From contig OY970067.1 in assembly GCA_963705305.1 (NCBI GenBank), forward strand, positions 4,608,001 to 4,672,000: a DNA stretch of 64,000 nucleotides, in the 5' to 3' direction. The position numbers and the translations under genes were made by a program. This DNA is from an uncultured Methylomirabilota bacterium. GTDB lineage: Bacteria; Methylomirabilota; Methylomirabilia; Methylomirabilales; 2-02-FULL-66-22. Below are positions 57,737-64,000 of the stretch, one piece after another. Each line of letters opens with the position of its first letter. Position 1 is the stretch's first letter. Under the pieces are notes generated by a model. The model saw only the letters and a list, made by a program, of their open reading frames with translations. It had not been told where the DNA came from and ran no database searches.

Positions 57737-60700
57737 ATGCATCTGACGAAAATCTCCCTATTTGGTTTCAAATCTTTTGCAGACAAGGTCGAGCTCTCGT
57801 TCGAGCCGGGGACCACCATGATCGTCGGTCCGAACGGCTGTGGGAAGAGCAACGTCTCCGACTCGATCCGCTGGGCACTGGGTGAACAGAGCGCCAAGCT
57901 CCTGCGCGGCGACCGGATGGACGACCTCATCTTTGCCGGCAACAACCGGCGCAAGCCCCTGGGCCTGGCGGAGGTATCCCTCACCTTCACCCGGAACCAC
58001 GGCACGCTGGCAACCGAGTACGAAGAGGTGAACGTCACCCGCCGCCTCTACCGGTCTGGCGAGAGCGAATACCTGCTGAACAAGGTCCCTTGCCGGTTGC
58101 GGGACATCATCGACATGTTCATCGACACCGGGCTGACCGGCGAGCCGTATGCCCTCATCGAACAGGGGAGCATCGGCAGCGTGGTGAATGCCCGGCCCGC
58201 CGACCGCCGCATCCTCATCGAGGAAGCCGCCGGCATCATGAAGTACAAGACCAAGAAGCGCGCCGCGGTCAGCAAGCTGGAGGCAACGGAACAGAACCTC
58301 TTGCGAATTCGCGACGTGATCGCCGAGGTCGAGCGGCAGCGGAACTCCCTGAAGCGTCAGGCCAACAAGGCCGAGCGGTACCGGCAGCTGGACCAGCGGG
58401 CCACCGAGCTCAAACTCTTTCTCAAGTTCCGGGAACACTCCGCCTTGTGGGACGAGCTGCAGGCGGTGCTGGCCTGCCTGGGCCCGCTCCAGCAAGAATT
58501 GGCCGGCCTGCGGGCCGGCATCGCAGCGACCGAGGCGTCTCTGGAGGAGCACCGGCTCCGCGCCCTGACCGAGGAGCAGGCCGTCGCCTCGGCGCAGGAA
58601 GAGCTGTACGCCGTCCGGAACCAGATCGATCGAGAGGAGGCGGAGCTTCGCAACATCGCGGCCCAAATCGAGGCGGCAGGTCTCCGGCAGGCCGAAAACG
58701 AGTCAGCCCTGGCGACACTCGGCGAGACCATCCGGCACCTGCTGGGGGCCCTGGACGCCGGGGACATCCAGGTCGCCGCCGAGGAGCGGGAGGTGGCGGC
58801 CCTGGCGGGCACGGTCGAGGAGGTGGGAGGATCCTTGCGGGAGGCGGAATCACGCCTGGCCGCCGCGGCCGCCGATTTGGAGCGCCGCCGCCAGGAGGCG
58901 GCCCATCATGCCGGCCAGCTGACATTGAAACGGAGCGAGCTGGCGACCCTCCAAGAGCGCAGCCGGCAGATGGCCGCGCAGGCCGACCGGATCCGCCACC
59001 AGCAGGCCGAGGCGGTCAGCCAGCGGGAGGGCGCCGAGGCGTCGACCACCGCGGACGAGGCCCGCCGGTTGGAGGCCATGCAGCGGCGCAACCTGACCCA
59101 CTCCCAGCGCGAGGTGGCCGAGCGCGAGGCGGAGGGCGCCCGGCAAGCCCGCCGTCGGCTGGAGGCGGAGATGGCGGGCCTGACCGTGGATGTCGAGCGC
59201 CAGCGCGGCCGGCTCGGCTCGCTCCACGAGCTCCAGCTGCAATTCGCCGACTTTTCCGAAGGCAACAAGCTGCTGCTGCAGGCTGGCCGGGATCGCCGGC
59301 TGTTCGGCATCCTCGGCCCCGTGGCCGAAGTCGTGGAGGCCGCTCCCCGGTTCGAGAAGGCATTGGAGGCAATCCTGGGCGCTCACCTCCAGGGAGTCCG
59401 GGCGCGGACCTGGGGAGAGGCCCAGGAGGCGCTGGCCCATCTGTTCCGCTCGGGAGAGGGGCGGGCAACCCTCCTCGGTCCCGTGCCCACCCACGAGGGC
59501 GCCTGGGGCCGACGGCTTCGCGGGGAGATCGCCGCCCAGATCGCCGATCTGCCGAAAGAACTCTTGGCGCACGTGGAAGGGGCGGCCCTGGACCTGGTCC
59601 GCATCCATGAAGGCGCGGACGCGTGGATCCTCAATCTCCTGGCGGATGCCGTGATTGTGAGCGATTTGGACGCGGCGCTCAACATCGCCCGCGAGCTGCC
59701 CGGCCCCTTCACCGTGGCGACGCTCGCCGGCGAAGTCCTCAGCCACCGGGGGACCCTGGTCGGCGGCACGCCCGCTCCCCAGGGACTGCTGGGGCAGCGC
59801 CGCGAGCTCCGCGAGCTGGAGGAAGCGCTGGCGATCAGCGAAGTCGGCCTGGCCGGCCTGCGGGAGGCCCTGGCCATCGTCAACCAGGACGTCCTGGCTG
59901 CAGAGCGCGCGGTCGAGGCGGCGGCACTGGCCGAGCGCCAGGCGGAGCTGGACCTGCTGGCCATCGAGAAGGATCTGGCCGCCAAGCGGGCGGAGGAGGT
60001 CCGCCTGAGCCAGCAACTCGAGCTCTTCGGCATCGAGCTGCAGAGCATGGAGGCCGACCTGGCGAGAATCCAGACGGATGTGGCAGAGCTCCGCGAGGCG
60101 GTCTCGACCGGCGAGGCATGCGCCGTGGAACTCGGCCAGGCGATCGCCATCCAGGAGGCCGAGGTCGCGGGCCTACGGGATCGCCGGGAGTCCCTGGCCG
60201 CCCAGCTGGGAGAGCAGCGTGTCACGCTGGCCTCCCGGATCGCACGCCGGGACGAGACCGTGCGGAATCTTGCGCGCATGCGGCAGGAGCTCCAGGCGGC
60301 TGAAGACCAGACCGCCCACTTGACCCAGGAAGCGGCCGAATTGGTGGCCCGGCGCGGCAGCCTCGAGGCCGCCGACGCCCGGATTCGGGAGAGTCTTGTC
60401 TCGCGGCGGCGCGAGGAGGAGGCGCGCGGTGCCGGGTTGATCCGGGCTCAGGAATCCAGAGCGGCCCTCCAGGAGGCCATCCGCCAATTCGAGGACACCC
60501 TGCGAACCAGCCGGCAATCGGAGAGCCAGGTTCACGACGAGATTGCCGGGCGAGAGGCCCGCCGGGGCGAACTGAAAACCGCCATGACACACCTGGAGCA
60601 GGATCTGCTGGAGGACCACACCGTGGGCCTGGCGGAGCTCCGCGAGCGATTCGGCGCCGTGACCCGGACGGACGAAGAGGCCCGGGGTGAGCTGGAGGAG

Positions 60701-61339
60701 CTCCGGATCAAGCTGGCGGAGCTGGGCCCTGCCAACCTGGGCGCCCTGGAGGAATACGAGGCCCTGTGCCAGCGCCACACCTTCCTCACCTCGCAGGCGG
60801 AGGATCTCACGAAATCGGTAGCCTCTCTGCGCCAGGCCATCGCCGAGATCAACAAGACGATCCAGACGCTCTTCGCCGAGACCCTCGCGGCGGTCAACGA
60901 GCAGTTCGATCTGTTCTGGCAGCGCCTCTTCGGCGGGGGGAGCGCACAGCTCCGCCTGGTCGAGCCGGCCGAGGGGGAGGAAGAGGAGGAGCCCGGGGTG
61001 GAGATGCTGGTGCGCGTCCCGGGCAAGCGGGCCACGGTCCTCTCTCTGCTGTCCGGGGGAGAGCGCGCCCTGGCGGCCCTGTCCCTCCTCCTGGCTCTGT
61101 TCGCGGTGCGCCCCAGTCCGTTCTGTGTGCTGGACGAGGTGGATGCCCCACTGGATGAAGCCAACGTGGATCGCCTGGTCGCAGTGATCAAGGAGATGGC
61201 GGCCAAGACGCAGTTCATCGTCATCACCCACAACCGGCGGACCATGGAAGCGGCCGACATCATCTATGGGGTCACCATGGAAGAAGAGGGGGCGTCCAAG
61301 GTGATCTCGGTCCGTCTGCAGACTGCTGCAGCCGCCTAA
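57737..61339 (+). CDS. smc: Chromosome segregation protein SMC
   Basis: GFKSFAD; GPNGCGKSN; coiled coils and hinge; LSGGE; LDEVDAPLD. Confidence 0.97.
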   Translation: MHLTKISLFGFKSFADKVELSFEPGTTMIVGPNGCGKSNVSDSIRWALGEQSAKLLRGDRMDDLIFAGNNRRKPLGLAEVSLTFTRNHGTLATEYEEVNVTRRLYRSGESEYLLNKVPCRLRDIIDMFIDTGLTGEPYALIEQGSIGSVVNARPADRRILIEEAAGIMKYKTKKRAAVSKLEATEQNLLRIRDVIAEVERQRNSLKRQANKAERYRQLDQRATELKLFLKFREHSALWDELQAVLACLGPLQQELAGLRAGIAATEASLEEHRLRALTEEQAVASAQEELYAVRNQIDREEAELRNIAAQIEAAGLRQAENESALATLGETIRHLLGALDAGDIQVAAEEREVAALAGTVEEVGGSLREAESRLAAAAADLERRRQEAAHHAGQLTLKRSELATLQERSRQMAAQADRIRHQQAEAVSQREGAEASTTADEARRLEAMQRRNLTHSQREVAEREAEGARQARRRLEAEMAGLTVDVERQRGRLGSLHELQLQFADFSEGNKLLLQAGRDRRLFGILGPVAEVVEAAPRFEKALEAILGAHLQGVRARTWGEAQEALAHLFRSGEGRATLLGPVPTHEGAWGRRLRGEIAAQIADLPKELLAHVEGAALDLVRIHEGADAWILNLLADAVIVSDLDAALNIARELPGPFTVATLAGEVLSHRGTLVGGTPAPQGLLGQRRELRELEEALAISEVGLAGLREALAIVNQDVLAAERAVEAAALAERQAELDLLAIEKDLAAKRAEEVRLSQQLELFGIELQSMEADLARIQTDVAELREAVSTGEACAVELGQAIAIQEAEVAGLRDRRESLAAQLGEQRVTLASRIARRDETVRNLARMRQELQAAEDQTAHLTQEAAELVARRGSLEAADARIRESLVSRRREEEARGAGLIRAQESRAALQEAIRQFEDTLRTSRQSESQVHDEIAGREARRGELKTAMTHLEQDLLEDHTVGLAELRERFGAVTRTDEEARGELEELRIKLAELGPANLGALEEYEALCQRHTFLTSQAEDLTKSVASLRQAIAEINKTIQTLFAETLAAVNEQFDLFWQRLFGGGSAQLRLVEPAEGEEEEEPGVEMLVRVPGKRATVLSLLSGGERALAALSLLLALFAVRPSPFCVLDEVDAPLDEANVDRLVAVIKEMAAKTQFIVITHNRRTMEAADIIYGVTMEEEGASKVISVRLQTAAAA

Positions 61340-61393
61340 ACCGGATGACGGGCGGCGCCATGCCGGACGCCGCGCAACCCTCGGGAAGTTCAG

Positions 61394-61759
61394 ATGCCCA
61401 CAGCCGATCTCTCCGCTCTTCTGGCCGATCTGCTGGCTCGCGTGCCGGAGTCTCGCACCGCGGCCATTGTGGATGCCAACGGATCCGTCCTGTCCCAGGC
61501 CACCCGCGAGGGCGCTCCCATGCCGGAGGACTCCGGCGCGGGCTGGCGCGCCCTGTTCGCCGCGGCGCTGGCCGCCGCCGACCGGATGGGGCAGGCTCCG
61601 CTTTCCGAGGTCGTCGTGGAAACCGCTGGGGCCACCCTGGCAATGCTCCTCCTGAAGGACACCTGCTGTCTCTGCCTCCTCACGGGCCCGGGGGCGATCC
61701 CGGGCCGCGGCCTCTTCGAGGCGCGCAAGTCGGCTGCGGCCCTGCTGGACGCGCTTTGA
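61394..61759 (+). CDS. Roadblock/LC7 (MglB-like) domain protein
   Basis: 121 aa; LLADLLARVPESRTAAIVDANG, EVVVET, GRGLFEARK fit the roadblock pattern; TGATG overlap with ftsY. Confidence 0.6.
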   Translation: MPTADLSALLADLLARVPESRTAAIVDANGSVLSQATREGAPMPEDSGAGWRALFAAALAAADRMGQAPLSEVVVETAGATLAMLLLKDTCCLCLLTGPGAIPGRGLFEARKSAAALLDAL

Positions 61760-62688
61760 TGTCCGCGGAGACTTCGTCGGGCGGGTTTTTCGCCCGGCTG
61801 CGCGACGGACTGCGAAAAACCCGCGAGAACCTGCATAGCCATCTCCAGGCCGTCTTCACGGGCGCTCCGCTGGACGAGGCCCGTCTGGAGGCCCTGGAGG
61901 AGGCGCTTCTGGCTTCCGACCTGGGCCCCGCCGTCACGACGGCCATCATGCAGTCCGCCCGGACGGATTTCCGGCGCCAGGGCGCCACCACCCCGGAGGC
62001 CATGCAGGCGTTGCTGGCCGGCCGGATCGCCGACCTGTTGGCCGTGGAGGCCGCCGCCCCGTCCTATCCGTCGGCGGGACCCCGTGTGGCGCTTTTCGTC
62101 GGCACCAACGGGTCGGGGAAGACCACGACCATTGCCAAGCTCGCCAAGCGGCACCGGGATGCGGGCGACAGCGTGCTCTTGGCCGCCGCGGACACCTTCC
62201 GGGCGGCTGCCATCGAGCAGCTCCAGATCTGGGGAAAGCGCATCGGCGCCGAGGTGATCGCCCACCAGCCCGGGGCCGATCCGGCGGCCGTCGTCTTCGA
62301 TGCGTGCAAGGCGGCTGCCACCCGCGGCGTGGCGTGCCTTCTCATCGACACGGCGGGCCGGCTCCACACCAAGCGCAATCTCATGGAGGAGCTGAAGAAG
62401 ATTCGCCGTGTGATCGCCCGGGAGATTCCCGGGGCGCCCCACGAGACGCTCCTCGTCCTGGACGCCACCACCGGCCTGAACGCGCTGGCGCAGGCACGGG
62501 AGTTCCATCAGGCGGTCACGCTGACCGGCCTGATCGTTACCAAGCTCGACGGGACAGCCAAGGGGGGGTCCGTGGTGGCCATCGCGCAGGAGCTCCGGCT
62601 CCCCGTCCGGTATGTCGGGGTGGGCGAGGCCCCCGAAGACCTGCAGCCTTTCGAAGCCCGCGCCTTCGCCAGCGCCCTGCTCGCTTGA
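61759..62688 (+). CDS. ftsY: SRP receptor GTPase FtsY
   Basis: GTNGSGKTTT; DTFRAAA; DTAGR; TKLDGTAKGG. Confidence 0.96.
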   Translation: MSAETSSGGFFARLRDGLRKTRENLHSHLQAVFTGAPLDEARLEALEEALLASDLGPAVTTAIMQSARTDFRRQGATTPEAMQALLAGRIADLLAVEAAAPSYPSAGPRVALFVGTNGSGKTTTIAKLAKRHRDAGDSVLLAAADTFRAAAIEQLQIWGKRIGAEVIAHQPGADPAAVVFDACKAAATRGVACLLIDTAGRLHTKRNLMEELKKIRRVIAREIPGAPHETLLVLDATTGLNALAQAREFHQAVTLTGLIVTKLDGTAKGGSVVAIAQELRLPVRYVGVGEAPEDLQPFEARAFASALLA

Positions 62689-62795
62689 GCCTCCCACAGG
62701 TGGAGAGGGGCGAACGGGGACACATCCGGGCGCCCAGCCCCTTTCAGAAAGGTGCAACCCGCCGCTTGGCGGCTGGAATCCTGCCGGCTTTCACC

Positions 62796-62824
62796 TTGAC
62801 ACCTATCCAGCACAATGTTAGCCT
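62796..62824 (+). promoter_or_regulatory. Sigma-70 promoter of ribD
   Basis: TTGACA-N17-TAGCCT with TGn extension. Confidence 0.55.
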
Positions 62825-62862
62825 TCCCGCGGAAGTCGTTGTTTGACGCTAGGTTGCGCGAT

Positions 62863-63990
62863 ATGATGGACACAATGGAAAGCGACCGTGCCTACATGCG
62901 GCGGGCGCTGGAGGTGGCGGCCTCTGCCCGCGGCCGCACCAGCCCCAACCCGATGGTGGGAGCGGTCGTGGTGAAAGATGGCAAAGTGGTCGGCGAGGGC
63001 TTCCATGCCTTCGCCGGCTCCGACCATGCCGAGTGGGTGGCACTGCAGGATGCGCAGACGGAGGCCGCCGGGGCGACCCTGTACGTCAGCCTCGAGCCGT
63101 GCTGCCACTTCGGCCGCACCCCGCCCTGTGTGGAGCGGATCATCGCTGCCGGCATCCGCCGTGTGGTGGCTCCGTGCGAGGATCCCAATCCGGCCGTCAG
63201 CGGCAAGGGATTCGCCGCCCTGCGCGAAGCCGGAATCGCAGTGGAGGTCGGCCTACTGGCCGAGGAGGCCGCCCGGCTCAACGAGGCGTTTTTCACGTTC
63301 GTCCGCACGGGTCGGCCCTTTGTCATCCTGAAGGCCGCCGCCAGCCTGGACGGCAAGATCGCCACACGGACGGGCGAATCCCGGTGGATCACCGGGGAGG
63401 CCGCGCGGCAGCGCGTCCACCAGCTGCGGAACGAGGTGGATGCGGTGATCGTGGGGATCGGGACCGTGCTCCGCGACGACCCCTCGCTCACCACGCGGCT
63501 GGGCAGCATGGACCAGCGGGACCCGGCTCGGGTCATCGTGGACAATCTGGCCCGCCTGCCTTTGCGCGCCAAGGTGATCAATCGCGCTTCGACCGCCCCG
63601 ACCTACGTGGCGGTCGCCGCGACGGCCCCGCGGGCGCGGCTCGAGGCGCTGGAACGGGAAGGCGTCCAGGTGATCGTCGTGGAGGGCAGCCCCCGCCGGG
63701 TTTCCCTGGGGCCTCTGATGGACGCCCTCGGAAAACTCGGCTTCCTGTCGGTGATGATCGAAGGGGGGGCCGAGATCAACGCATCGGCCCTGCGCGAAGG
63801 CATCGTGGACAAGGTGCTCGTCTTCCTGGCTCCCATGTTGATCGGCGGAAAGTCCACGCCCACCGCGGTCGGGGGCGAAGGCATCGAGACCCTCAGTCAG
63901 GCGGCGCGCCTTCGCGATGTGCGGATCGAGCGCTTCGACGACGACATCATGATTGAGGGCTACATCCATAGGCTGGACGTGTCGGCCTAG
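62863..63990 (+). CDS. ribD: Riboflavin biosynthesis deaminase/reductase
   Basis: PNPMVGAV; HAE; LEPCCHFGRTPPC; SLDGKIAT; IEGG. Confidence 0.96.
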   Translation: MMDTMESDRAYMRRALEVAASARGRTSPNPMVGAVVVKDGKVVGEGFHAFAGSDHAEWVALQDAQTEAAGATLYVSLEPCCHFGRTPPCVERIIAAGIRRVVAPCEDPNPAVSGKGFAALREAGIAVEVGLLAEEAARLNEAFFTFVRTGRPFVILKAAASLDGKIATRTGESRWITGEAARQRVHQLRNEVDAVIVGIGTVLRDDPSLTTRLGSMDQRDPARVIVDNLARLPLRAKVINRASTAPTYVAVAATAPRARLEALEREGVQVIVVEGSPRRVSLGPLMDALGKLGFLSVMIEGGAEINASALREGIVDKVLVFLAPMLIGGKSTPTAVGGEGIETLSQAARLRDVRIERFDDDIMIEGYIHRLDVSA

Positions 63991-64000
63991 GCCCCTGGCG

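Noticed and set aside
1..64000. CRISPR arrays, tRNA/rRNA, integrases or transposases, FMN riboswitch before ribD
   Set aside because: No repeat-spacer periodicity, tRNA or rRNA signatures, or recombinase motifs seen by eye; the ribD leader is too short for an RFN element.

Overview
GC-rich chromosomal window from a diderm bacterium; it encodes a PilQ secretin and Wza/Wzi-type proteins. A Methylomirabilota/NC10-like origin is my inference from gene style, not a tested assignment. Left to right: (1) an ABC uptake operon with two solute-binding proteins and a nucleoside hydrolase; (2) a sigma-54 nitrogen-regulatory island with a NifA-like activator, an APC permease-PP2C phosphatase-Ser/Thr kinase operon, a PII protein with a rewritten Tyr51-less, Ser/Thr-rich T-loop, a TorF-like porin and ntrBC; (3) pepF, a squalene/phytoene synthase-family gene, VOC and DUF2007 genes; (4) an unusual type II FAS/PKS cluster (active KS, catalytically dead KS, 204-aa expanded ACP, two FabZ-like proteins of which one lacks the catalytic His, two SDRs, PaaK-like ligase, DUF1571-like protein, truncated acpS) co-oriented downstream of a Wza-like exporter and a Wzi-PAP2 fusion; (5) aroC, pilMNOPQ and minor pilins; (6) trpEGDCFBA, trxA, a putative nucleotidyltransferase toxin-antitoxin pair and a type-2 asparaginase; (7) a degenerate rnc, smc, a roadblock gene coupled to ftsY, and ribD. 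There are two copies of a MITE-like repeat. Two frameshifts, and possibly a third lesion, sit in the same GACGTC->GACGTTC context, which suggests motif-specific sequencing error. No rRNA, tRNA or CRISPR array was seen. The best novel-system candidates are the PII/kinase/phosphatase/permease module and the expanded-ACP PKS cluster.
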